The notes under the pieces are model-generated. The model saw only the letters and a program-made list of their open reading frames with translations. It was not told the origin of the DNA and made no database searches. The position numbers and the translations under genes are program-made. From positions 1 through 15,383 of the forward strand of contig JBCCQQ010000098.1 of assembly GCA_039024555.1 (NCBI GenBank): a DNA stretch of 15,383 nucleotides, written 5' to 3'. Each line of letters begins with the position of its first letter. Positions within the stretch are counted from its first letter, which is position 1. Source of the DNA: Cyanobacteria bacterium P01_D01_bin.156 (GTDB lineage Bacteria > Cyanobacteriota > Cyanobacteriia > Phormidesmidales > Phormidesmidaceae). Shown piece after piece: positions 1 to 7,964 of the stretch.

Positions 1-78
1 CTCCGGGGTAGCGCAGTCTTCCAGCAGTTCGTCTAGTAAGTCATCAACGCGGTTCGGTTCTTTTTTCTTGCGGGCCAT
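1..78 (-). CDS. IS256-family transposase, N-terminal 26 codons (partial)
   Basis: ATG at 78 translates to MARKKKEPNRVDDLLDELLEDCATPE, open to the window edge, with AGGAG 8 nt upstream. Resembles the 'LLDELL..C..PEDILG' N-terminus of IS256 transposases. Confidence 0.78.
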   Translation of the reverse strand, partial: MARKKKEPNRVDDLLDELLEDCATPE

Positions 79-138
79 GGGGCGATCTCCTGATGTACAT
101 GGATGATAGATCGCTTACACAAAATTCTGTACAGTCCC
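1..138 (-). mobile_element. IS256-family insertion sequence, left end (truncated by window start); terminal inverted repeat about 115-138
   Basis: The minus strand reads GGGACTGTACAGAATTTTGTGTAA (138-115), resembling IS256-family termini. It is followed by an AGGAG RBS (91-87) and a transposase-like ORF from 78. The sequence switches to TPR-coding DNA exactly at 139. Confidence 0.8.
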
Positions 139-543
139 CTTGGGCCTAATCACCTCGATACCGCTGTGAGTCTAAATAATTTAGCAGCGTTGTATGACGC
201 TACAGGACGCAACAAAGACGCCAAATCCCTCTACATCCGAGCCTTAGAAATCTATAAAAACCAACTCGGTCCTGATCATCTCAAGACCGCTCTGAGGTAT
301 GACAACATAGCAATGTTTTTCTATAGGTTAGAGCACTATGCAGAGGCAGCTAACTTTGGTGTCCAAGCATTAGAGATATTTCTTGAAAAGTTGGGAAAAG
401 ATCATCTCGATACCCAAACGGTTGGCAACAATTTTATTACCATCTTGCAAAAGGTGAGCGAGACCAACCAAACCCAACAACTTTCAGATCATCCCCTTAC
501 CCAAACTATTCTCAAAAGTCTGTTATCCAACGATTCTGAATAA
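139..543 (+). pseudogene. 3' remnant of a tetratricopeptide-repeat (kinesin light chain-like TPR) gene, interrupted by the IS256 element
   Basis: Contains LGPNHLDTAVSLNNLAALY, LGPDHLKTALRYDNIAMFF and LGKDHLDTQTV repeats and a C-terminal LSDHPLTQTIL tail. The first 12 codons of ORF 103-543 lie inside the IS end. Confidence 0.8.
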
Positions 544-569
544 TTTACGAACTGTGTGCACGGTCAACC

Positions 570-971
570 CTACGGTTGCTGCGTCGCAATCCCCAACCGC
601 ACCCCTTCAATCTGCCGAATCTTATCCATTACCGTTACCACCTCCCCATGGGGCGTTGCCCTATGCGCCCACACCGTCACCACCGCAGGCTGCCCCGGCA
701 TCATCAACGACTGCACATCTGCAGACAATCTTTCCAACGTCACCGGTTGTTCTTCCAAAAACAACTCTCCCGTTTCCGTAATCGTTAACCGCAGTGCCGC
801 CTCATCCTGCGCAACCGATGTCTCCGCCGTCGGCAAGGTCACCGGCAACCCCTCCGCCCGCGTTAGATACAGCGTAGACAAAATAAAGAACGCCAGAATC
901 GCAAACACCACATCGATCATCGGCACGATGTTAATAGTCAAACGAGAATCTTCATCAGGAGGCAGTTGCAT
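570..971 (-). CDS. exbD: ExbD/TolR family biopolymer transport protein (ATG at 971 preferred; track ORF starts at GTG 989)
   Basis: Shows the INIVPMIDVVFAILAFFIL transmembrane motif with the conserved Asp, V.LP.A.T, and C-terminal HGEVVTVMDKIRQ..G..RLGIAT. The 989 start lies inside a REP-like repeat. Confidence 0.9.
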   Translation of the reverse strand: MQLPPDEDSRLTINIVPMIDVVFAILAFFILSTLYLTRAEGLPVTLPTAETSVAQDEAALRLTITETGELFLEEQPVTLERLSADVQSLMMPGQPAVVTVWAHRATPHGEVVTVMDKIRQIEGVRLGIATQQP

Positions 972-976
972 AACAC

Positions 977-997
977 GTAGGGCAGGCACCGCCCACC
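977..997 (+). repeat. GTAG-type REP-like palindrome (degenerate)
   Basis: GTAGGGCAGGCACCGCCCACC: a GTAG tetranucleotide followed by an imperfect GC-rich palindrome. Confidence 0.5.
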
Positions 998-1017
998 AAA
1001 GTATGAAAGGTTGTTAT

Positions 1018-1057
1018 CCTCCCCTTGATAAGGGGAGGTGCCACAGGCGGAGGGGTC
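1018..1057. repeat. Cyanobacterial-type small dispersed palindromic repeat; possible terminator for the 1059-1571 gene
   Basis: Perfect 9-bp stem CCTCCCCTT-GAT-AAGGGGAGG (1018-1038), then GCC-ACA-GGC-GGAGGGG. It abuts the stop codon at 1059. Confidence 0.65.
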
Positions 1058-1058
1058 T

Positions 1059-1571
1059 TCAAGGCATATCAAAGCAAAATACTATCATGCACCCTCGCCG
1101 CTTCCAGTGTTCTTTATCCTCAGGCATGACCCTCAGCGCTTCAGCCTCCGACTCCAGAACAAACTGTAGTTCTCCCGGCAACACATGGCAATCTATAAAC
1201 TCCCAGGAGCGATCAACCCCCGCAGCCTGCTCCGCTTCAAACGCTGTTAGCATCTCACCACACTTAATCGCGCCTTTATGACGCACCATAGCCTTTTCCC
1301 AAGTTGAAGCATAATCAGGTCGCTTTTCGCTTGTTACTCCCAGGCACGTCGTTTGAAAAAACTTTGGTTTTTCAACACTGCCATAGTTGAACCCTAAGAA
1401 AACAGTGACCACCTGAAACCGACCTGCCGCATCTTGGGCAATTAGTAGATTATCACCCTTATTCATAAAGGCTCGCCATGTAGCCTCGTTTTCACAAACG
1501 ACTGGCTGCTTATCCTGTAAGATATATCGCTGTAAATCCCCAGAGTTGTCTGCTGATTCCATTACCGACAT
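1059..1571 (-). CDS. Hypothetical protein, 170 aa
   Basis: Long ORF with protein-like composition (YILQDKQPV, VVTVFLGFNYG, YASTWEKAMVRH). No function recognised. Confidence 0.75.
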   Translation of the reverse strand: MSVMESADNSGDLQRYILQDKQPVVCENEATWRAFMNKGDNLLIAQDAAGRFQVVTVFLGFNYGSVEKPKFFQTTCLGVTSEKRPDYASTWEKAMVRHKGAIKCGEMLTAFEAEQAAGVDRSWEFIDCHVLPGELQFVLESEAEALRVMPEDKEHWKRRGCMIVFCFDMP

Positions 1572-1584
1572 CTCAATAAATTAC

Positions 1585-1785
1585 ATGGACGAACTACTAC
1601 TAGCGCGAGATATTGCCATTGGCCTGGGCGGCTCGATCACTGATAATACCGTCGGCTTTATTGTTTGCTTTGCCACAGAAGTCATTGCTGACAGCTATGT
1701 TATCTCACTAGAAGATTTGGAATCTTTAGCAGCGCAACAACAGGACAGATGTGCGGTAGTGGTCACCGTCGCAAGTCTGATGTGA
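1585..1785 (+). CDS. Possible small acidic hypothetical protein, 66 aa
   Basis: The in-frame ATG at 1585 of ORF 1546-1785 fills the gap without overlap. There is no clear RBS and it lies only 13 bp from the divergent start at 1571. Confidence 0.35.
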   Translation: MDELLLARDIAIGLGGSITDNTVGFIVCFATEVIADSYVISLEDLESLAAQQQDRCAVVVTVASLM

Positions 1786-1842
1786 TTTAGCCAGATAGAA
1801 ACAGATTTCAAATTCAACGCATTAGATTCAAACCGAGAATCC

Positions 1843-1870
1843 TGTAGGGGCTGTGCCTCGTGCCAGCCCT
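1843..1870 (+). repeat. GTAG-type REP element (copy A of inverted doublet)
   Basis: TGTAGGGGCTGTGCCTCGTGCCAGCCCT, with stem GGGCTG/CAGCCC. Confidence 0.7.
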
Positions 1871-1946
1871 CCAACACCAATTGCCAATTACCCGAATTCA
1901 CATCAACAGTATCAACAAAAAAAGGGTCAACAGCATGAAATTCCGC

Positions 1947-1974
1947 AGGGCAACCACAAGGGTGTTCCCCTACA
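1947..1974 (-). repeat. GTAG-type REP element (copy B of inverted doublet)
   Basis: The minus strand reads TGTAGGGGAACACCCTTGTGGTTGCCCT, the same 28-nt scaffold as 1843-1870 in the opposite orientation, 6 bp after the alaS stop. Confidence 0.7.
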
Positions 1975-1980
1975 GTTCCT

Positions 1981-4620
1981 TTAACCTAACGCCTCCGCCA
2001 ACTGACTCTTCGCTGCATCCAATGCCTCGGGCAATTTCGCCGCATCACGTCCGCCTGCCTGGGCAAAGTTCGGACGACCTCCTCCGCCACCGCCGGTAAT
2101 CTTGGCAATGCCGCCGATAAATTTGCCTGCCTTTAGCCCCTTGTCCATCACCGGCTTACTAAAAGCCGCCACTAGGCTCACTTTACCTTCTGCTGGAATT
2201 GACCCCAGCACCACGGCTCCATCGCCTAGCTTTTGCAACAGTCTTTCCGCCGCAGTTTTCAGTGAGTCGGCATCCACCTCGCCCATGTGGGCCACTAGCA
2301 CCTGGAAGTCGCCCATGGTTTCCGCCTGATCCAGCAGCTGGTCGGACTTCAGTAGGGCCAGTTCTGCCTTTAGACCATCCACTGTTTTCTGGGTGGTCTT
2401 TAGCTCAGCCTGCAAATTAGTAATGCGATCCACCAGCTCCTCAGGCTTGGCCTTAAACTTGTCCCCCAGATCTTTCACAATCTGGTCGCGCACGTTTAAG
2501 TATTTCAGCACCGCCGGACCCGCCACCGCTTCAATGCGTCGCACCCCAGCGGCAATGCCGGACTCGGCAATAATCTTAAACACGCCAATTTCGGCAGTGT
2601 TGCCCACGTGGGTACCACCACACAGTTCCATGGAAACGCCGGGAAAGTCGATGACTCGCACTTCGTCGCCATACTTTTCGCCAAACATGGCGGTGGCACC
2701 CTTGGCTTTGGCATCGTCGATGGCCATGACTTCTATCTGAGCACCGTGGGCTTCGGCAATCCAGGTATTTACCTGGGCCTCTACCTGCTGCACTTCGTCG
2801 GTGGTGAGGGCACGGGGGCAATTAAAGTCAAACCGTAGGCGGTCAAAACTGACCAAAGAACCAGCCTGGGAAATGCCGTCATCCACGAGCTTTTTGAGTG
2901 CAGCTTGGAGGAGATGGGTAGCACTGTGGTTAGCCTGGGCACGACGACGACAGGCGCGGTCAATCTGAGCACTGACGCTATCCCCCACGTTTAGGGTGCC
3001 GCGCTCCACTCGACCAATGTGGATAAACAGGTTGTTGTCCTTTTGCACATCTTCGATGCGGACCACTAGGGCATCACCCGATAGAAAACCTCGGTCCCCG
3101 ATTTGACCACCGGATTCGGCATAGAAGGGGGTTTTGTCGAGCACCAGCTGCACGTCGGTTCCAGCGTCTGCCGTGTCTACGGTTTCTCCATTGGCGAGAA
3201 TTGCTTTGACGGTCGCCTGACTAGTGGCGTCGGTATATCCCAAGAAGTCCGTGGAATCAATACCCAGCTGGACCAAACTGCCCTGGGCCATCAGGTCAAT
3301 GGTTTCGTGGGCGCTCTTGGACCGTTCTCGCTGGGTTTCCATGGCGGCTTCAAACCCGGCTACATCCACGGTAATGCCGTTTTCTTCGGCTACTTCCTGG
3401 GTGAGCTCTAGGGGGAAGCCAAAGGTGTCATACAGTTCAAAGGCTTCATCACCAGAGATTTGCTTCGGCTTACGCTCCAGAATTTCGGCCAGTAGCTTCT
3501 CTCCACGCTCCAAGGTTTTAAGAAACTGGGCTTCTTCCCGCTCTAACTCAGTCTTAATGACAGTTTCGCGCTGCCGTAGGTCTGGGTAAGCAGACTCACA
3601 TAGGGAAATGGCACTTTCTGCTACTTCATTAATAAATGCGCCTTCAATGCCCAACAGCCGACCGTGACGCACAACGCGACGAATTAATCTCCGTAGAATA
3701 TAGCCCCGACCCACATTAGATGCGGTGATGCCGTCGGAAATCATGTGGACTACAGAGCGCACATGGTCCCCAATCACCTTGAGAGATACCTTGGCCGACT
3801 CATCCTGTTTGAAGTAGTCCACCTTGGCGATATCCGCCGCGGTTTGAATGATGGGGAAAATAAGGTCGGTTTCGTAGTTGTTCGGCTTTTTCTGCAGAAT
3901 CTGAGCCATCCGCTCTAGGCCCATGCCAGTGTCGATATTCTGGGCAGCGAGCGGCGTTAGGTTCCCCTCGGCATCCCGGTTGGATTCCATAAATACCAGG
4001 TTGTAGAACTCGATAAACCGGGTATCGTCCTCTAAATCAATATCGTCATCCCCAAGCTCAGGATGAAAGTCGTAGTAAATTTCGGAACAGGGACCACAGG
4101 GACCGGTGGGGCCAGAGGCCCAGAAGTTATCTGCTTCATCCATGCGGATGATGCGCTTTTCGGGGACGCCCACCTGGTCGCGCCAGATGGCATAGGCGTC
4201 GTCATCTTCCCGAAAGACGCTGACCACTAGGTTTTTGGGGTCTAGCTTAAAGACATCGGTGGACAGTTCCCACGCCCAGGCCACGGCCTGTTCTTTGAAA
4301 TAGTCACCAAAGCTAAAATTGCCCAGCATTTCAAAGAAGGTGTGGTGACGGGCGGTGCGACCCACATTTTCAATGTCGTTGGTGCGGATACACTTTTGTG
4401 AGGTGGTAGCCCGGTCTACCGGGGCTTTGCGCTGACCTAGAAAGATTGGCTTAAAGGGCAGCATTCCCGCAATGGTGAGCAAAACCGTGGGATCTTCGGG
4501 AACCAGAGAGGCGCTAGGCAGGATTTTATGTTTCTTGCTTTCGTAAAACTTGAGAAAGGCTTGGCGGATTCCTGCGCCAGTGGTGACTGATTTTTCTAAC
4601 CCAGGCTTTGACGTAGACAT
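1981..4620 (-). CDS. alaS: Alanine--tRNA ligase
   Basis: 879 aa. Motifs include [53 protein letters not shown], editing-domain NHSATHLL and ELCGGTH, and C-terminal [14 protein letters not shown]. Confidence 0.99.
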   Translation of the reverse strand: MSTSKPGLEKSVTTGAGIRQAFLKFYESKKHKILPSASLVPEDPTVLLTIAGMLPFKPIFLGQRKAPVDRATTSQKCIRTNDIENVGRTARHHTFFEMLGNFSFGDYFKEQAVAWAWELSTDVFKLDPKNLVVSVFREDDDAYAIWRDQVGVPEKRIIRMDEADNFWASGPTGPCGPCSEIYYDFHPELGDDDIDLEDDTRFIEFYNLVFMESNRDAEGNLTPLAAQNIDTGMGLERMAQILQKKPNNYETDLIFPIIQTAADIAKVDYFKQDESAKVSLKVIGDHVRSVVHMISDGITASNVGRGYILRRLIRRVVRHGRLLGIEGAFINEVAESAISLCESAYPDLRQRETVIKTELEREEAQFLKTLERGEKLLAEILERKPKQISGDEAFELYDTFGFPLELTQEVAEENGITVDVAGFEAAMETQRERSKSAHETIDLMAQGSLVQLGIDSTDFLGYTDATSQATVKAILANGETVDTADAGTDVQLVLDKTPFYAESGGQIGDRGFLSGDALVVRIEDVQKDNNLFIHIGRVERGTLNVGDSVSAQIDRACRRRAQANHSATHLLQAALKKLVDDGISQAGSLVSFDRLRFDFNCPRALTTDEVQQVEAQVNTWIAEAHGAQIEVMAIDDAKAKGATAMFGEKYGDEVRVIDFPGVSMELCGGTHVGNTAEIGVFKIIAESGIAAGVRRIEAVAGPAVLKYLNVRDQIVKDLGDKFKAKPEELVDRITNLQAELKTTQKTVDGLKAELALLKSDQLLDQAETMGDFQVLVAHMGEVDADSLKTAAERLLQKLGDGAVVLGSIPAEGKVSLVAAFSKPVMDKGLKAGKFIGGIAKITGGGGGGRPNFAQAGGRDAAKLPEALDAAKSQLAEALG

Positions 4621-4920
4621 TATTTGTGGGCGCGCTTGGCGGACTTAGGTTTGCGGGATGGCTGATTAATCCATGGGATAGGAAAAATTAGCGTTTTAAT
4701 CCTTTCCATTCTGACTGATGTTGCATCAAGTTTGATGAAACGGCAATGGTTTTGTTGGTATTTGTATTACCGGTTTTGTGGGGGGAGTTACTTATGCCTA
4801 CTCGATCAATTGCATTCAAGTGATCAAGATTTTGTCAGATAGATTTTCAAGATTGCCTTCTTGAGCGAACCCTGTATGAGGGTGAACTTGTGCCTTTTGG
4901 TTAGATGGTGATGATTCTGC

Positions 4921-4978
4921 TCAGGGCTTGCCCCCCTGAAACCCCCATGTTCGTGGGGACCTGACTTCCCCACACCCC
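4921..4978. repeat. Tandem pair of GC-rich hairpins, each followed by ACCCC (small dispersed repeat-like)
   Basis: TCAGGG-N7-CCCTGA-AACCCCC and GTGGGGA-N7-TCCCCAC-ACCCC. Confidence 0.55.
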
Positions 4979-5113
4979 TCGCACTAGGTTATCCTACAGA
5001 CCTTTTAATGAATGGGTTACGACTAGGTTTATTACGCTGCTCCGCATTCGCTACGCACCGTAAAAGGGTAAAGGTTTCTACTCACTCCTGCTTATACTTT
5101 CCGTCTAGCCTTT

Positions 5114-5806
5114 TCAAGCTTCGGCAGTTTGTAAATTCTGTTCGATCAAGTTGCAGCATTCATCTACAGGGCGGCGTTCGGCCATGGCATCGATGAGGGC
5201 ACTGTAGGCGTCAGGCTGTTTTTCAATTAAGGTTTTAGCCTGCAGCATTGACCAGCGTTGCTTTAGGGGCACTTCTGCAAGGGGACGGTTAATCTGCTGC
5301 CAGAGTAGGTTGAGCTTAAGACGGTCGTCCTGACCACCTTGGGCGCTGCCGTAGGTCATTTCTTCAGCTGCAATCCCGGCCATCCAAACCGTGCAATAGC
5401 GATCGACTTCCTGCTGGCTGATTTTGCCAAGTTTTACCGCCTGATCGATTTCATCGGTTTTAAAGATGACGCCGCCGGTACCATCCACACCAGCCCGCAG
5501 GGTTTCCCAAGCAGTTAAGGTGTAGGCGTCAATGGGAATCCCCAGCAGGTAAGCGGTGAGAAAATGGCCAGCTTCGTGGCGGACGATGCGATCGCAATAC
5601 TCCGGCGACTGTCTCGACAGCCAGTCAATCAGCAAATTACCCCCCCTCCCCTGCCAGCCCAACTGGTCAATGCTTACCAAGCCCAACAGTGTGGCAGTGA
5701 CTGTGGCCAGACTCTCCGGCGAAATCGACAGCAACGGACCAAGCAAGATCAGCATCGTCACCGAAAATACGGAAATGGCGATGAGATTAAGGGTGATTTG
5801 ACTCAT
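5114..5806 (-). CDS. Membrane-anchored M41 (FtsH protease domain)-like zinc metalloprotease lacking an AAA domain
   Basis: Two N-terminal hydrophobic segments, RIVRHEAGHFLTAYLLG (HExxH), downstream MAGIAAEE and GGQDD. At 230 aa it has no Walker motifs. Confidence 0.88.
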   Translation of the reverse strand: MSQITLNLIAISVFSVTMLILLGPLLSISPESLATVTATLLGLVSIDQLGWQGRGGNLLIDWLSRQSPEYCDRIVRHEAGHFLTAYLLGIPIDAYTLTAWETLRAGVDGTGGVIFKTDEIDQAVKLGKISQQEVDRYCTVWMAGIAAEEMTYGSAQGGQDDRLKLNLLWQQINRPLAEVPLKQRWSMLQAKTLIEKQPDAYSALIDAMAERRPVDECCNLIEQNLQTAEA

Positions 5807-5874
5807 TGATTCCAGCAGAAAATAAGGGAAATTCGGGTGTCAACTTAGCCGAGAAATCTTGGCCGAGGGAAGTG

Positions 5875-5948
5875 TGAATTCGGAGGTCGGCAGTCGGAAT
5901 TTAGAAAGCGAATGTATGCCGACTGCCGAATTTCTAACTCCGAATTCA
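5875..5948. repeat. Inverted array of heptamer repeats (STRR-like) forming a long hairpin
   Basis: Outer stem TGAATTCGGAG / CTCCGAATTCA with inner GTCGGCA, GTCGGAA and TTAGAAA units mirrored in shuffled order. It directly follows the pentapeptide gene stop. Confidence 0.75.
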
Positions 5949-6518
5949 TTAACAATTGCGATCGCCAACGGTCCCATCGGGCAGCACGGTGTCACAGACA
6001 ATGGCCTCTGACCAAGTAGCGCCGCGTAAGTTCGCGCCTTTAAGGTTGGCCCCTCGCCAGTCGGCATTGCCAATGACTGCTGCCGTTAGATCGGCGTCTA
6101 CTAGAGTCGCTCCTTGAAGGTTAGTGCCATCGATGTTTGCCTGGGTGAGTATCACACCCGTTAAATCCGCTCCGCTCAGATTTGCCCCCTGCAAACGAGC
6201 ACCGTTCATTGTGGCTCCTACCAAACTGGCCTTGCTGAGGTTAGAGTCCTTTAGCTCTGCCAGCATCAAATTCGCCTCTTTCAAATTCGCTTGGCTTAGG
6301 TTGGCCCCCGTTAGCTCAGCCACCTTGAGATTTACATTGGCAAAGTCTTCCCCGGACAGCTCAGCGTCATTGAGAATACAAACCGGACAATCCCTTAGCT
6401 CCAGCAGCATGTCCACATCGTCTTGCAAATAGGCCCAGCTGGGAGCTGCAAAACTCAGTACCCCTAACACCACCAACATTGCGGCGCTAAGTCTGGCCAC
6501 CCACGATTTTACGTTCAT
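5949..6518 (-). CDS. Pentapeptide-repeat protein with predicted signal peptide
   Basis: Many A(D/N)Lxx repeats, CPVC.L..A.L cap, N-terminal hydrophobic signal ending APSWA, and C-terminal CDTVLPDG....NC. Confidence 0.93.
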   Translation of the reverse strand: MNVKSWVARLSAAMLVVLGVLSFAAPSWAYLQDDVDMLLELRDCPVCILNDAELSGEDFANVNLKVAELTGANLSQANLKEANLMLAELKDSNLSKASLVGATMNGARLQGANLSGADLTGVILTQANIDGTNLQGATLVDADLTAAVIGNADWRGANLKGANLRGATWSEAIVCDTVLPDGTVGDRNC

Positions 6519-6642
6519 CCTTTTTTCAACTGTGATTACATTAGACCGCTGGCATTGATGCCCGTGTCTTTATCTTAAATAAGATGAGACACCAGACCAA
6601 TAGTAGGGTGTTATTAGCTTTGAACGTAAGCCATAACACTGA

Positions 6643-6656
6643 GTATCGGACAATAC
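6643..6656. promoter_or_regulatory. Candidate NtcA-type palindrome GTA-N8-TAC
   Basis: GTATCGGACAATAC in the divergent promoter region. No canonical TAN3T box at the 22-23 nt spacing. Confidence 0.25.
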
Positions 6657-6746
6657 ATACCGTGCTGGTCACTGACTTCCAAAAGCAATGGCTAAGAGGG
6701 CTAAAGATAACTTGCAATGTCGGCAAAAACGAACAGTTTACTTTTT

Positions 6747-6760
6747 GTATGGTTGTCTAC
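6747..6760. promoter_or_regulatory. Second candidate GTA-N8-TAC palindrome
   Basis: GTATGGTTGTCTAC flanked by T tracts. No correctly spaced -10 box. Confidence 0.2.
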
Positions 6761-6917
6761 TTTTTTGTGCTCTTTTTACGCAAATGTAAGTAAAGTAAAG
6801 TATAAGCCATCAATCTACGCTAGTTGCATTTACTCACTTTGAAATGCTCCACTGGGTGCTTCTACTGTCAAATTCAAGAATGAAATTCAGGTAATTTGTA
6901 ACAGTAGGTTATTTGTA

Positions 6918-7574
6918 ATGACAGGGGTTAAACAACAGCTGGTCCTGATCTATATGATCTTGGGCACAGTTATTATTTCGGTGTTTGTACCCATCGACTG
7001 GCAAACTCAAGCTACGGTACTGCGTGACTGTATTGTCATGGCTTGGGTTGTTGGTGTCGTTAATTTTGCTTATTTAGGGGGTGGTCTTAACCGATTACTA
7101 GGCATTCGACCTCGAGAGCCCTTAGGTCTGTTGGGGATTGTCTTTTCGCCATTGCTCCATAGAAATGCTGGGCACTTAATTGCCAACACCTTACCCTTCG
7201 CAATTTTGGGGTGGTTGGTTTTACTACAAGGCATTGAGAACTTTTATGCCCTCAGTGCTCTTATTCTCTTGGTTAGTGGTCTAGGAACCTGGTTTTTAGG
7301 TCGCCCAGCTGTTCACCTGGGAGCCAGTGGTCTGATTTTTGGCTACCTAGGGTATCTGATTGCCCGGGGCTATCTGGAAGTCACACTCATGACCGTTGGT
7401 TTGGCCTTTGTTGTCATGCTGCTCTATGGAGATCAGGTTGGCAGTATGTTGCCAGACTCTGATAAAACAACCTTATCTTGGGAAGGCCACATGTTTGGCT
7501 TTCTCGGGGGCGTTTTAGCCGCCTCTTACCCAACAATTGTTGAGCAAATTGGGTCATTTTTAGCGCAGCTCTAG
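6918..7574 (+). CDS. Rhomboid-family intramembrane serine protease
   Basis: Contains GIRPR, SPLLH...HLIAN, catalytic GASG and SWEGHMFGFLGG, with multiple transmembrane segments. Confidence 0.94.
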   Translation: MTGVKQQLVLIYMILGTVIISVFVPIDWQTQATVLRDCIVMAWVVGVVNFAYLGGGLNRLLGIRPREPLGLLGIVFSPLLHRNAGHLIANTLPFAILGWLVLLQGIENFYALSALILLVSGLGTWFLGRPAVHLGASGLIFGYLGYLIARGYLEVTLMTVGLAFVVMLLYGDQVGSMLPDSDKTTLSWEGHMFGFLGGVLAASYPTIVEQIGSFLAQL

Positions 7575-7635
7575 CTGCTGTGCGTTGTTATTAAACTATT
7601 TGTTGCACCTTAGAATGCAACAGCTATTTGAACAT

Positions 7636-7676
7636 CCCGTTATGCCAACATCCTAACTGGCATAACGGGTTATTTT
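7636..7676 (+). terminator. Intrinsic terminator after the rhomboid gene
   Basis: Perfect 12-bp stem CCCGTTATGCCA-N10-TGGCATAACGGG followed by TTATTTT. Confidence 0.75.
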
Positions 7677-7890
7677 GCTTTAACCCAGACTTGGTTTAAT
7701 CAACTTGTCGAACATAATTCTCATACAAGGTTAATCGCCGTTTGCTGCATCTCACTATGGTGACAGCCATGTATGCCTGCTGACCAGGTTCAGGTCATTG
7801 TTCGACATTGGTTAGCTGATTTATAGTCGGCAACAGAAAATGAATTGGGAATGGAATGTCCCAAACATTGTGGTTTGTGAGGAACAATCG

Positions 7891-7921
7891 GCGACTCTTT
7901 AAGGGAAGTCGCTTAATTTTT
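7891..7921 (+). terminator. Terminator-like hairpin upstream of the 7965/8004 gene
   Basis: GCGACT-N10-AGTCGC followed by TTAATTTTT. Confidence 0.35.
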
Positions 7922-7964
7922 AGGTCAAACGCTCATCACCAGTTCATTTTTATAGTAAATACTG

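Noticed and set aside
103..138. Native start for a 146-aa TPR protein
   Set aside because: These codons lie in the IS256-like end, so the ORF is treated as a chimera or remnant.
554..1281. Plus-strand ORFs of 75, 241 and 70 aa
   Set aside because: They are antisense shadows of exbD and the 170-aa gene, with no protein-like motifs.
1695..3589. Multiple short ORFs overlapping alaS and the REP doublet
   Set aside because: They are alternate-frame or antisense products of a GC-rich essential gene.
4621..5113. T-box or other known riboswitch ahead of alaS
   Set aside because: No T-box consensus or recognisable aptamer is visible, and T-boxes are not typical of cyanobacteria.
5008..6793. Short ORFs 5008-5196, 5556-5809, 5840-6073, 6124-6432, 6541-6726 and 6584-6793
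   Set aside because: They overlap real genes or occupy a promoter region, with no RBS or motif support.
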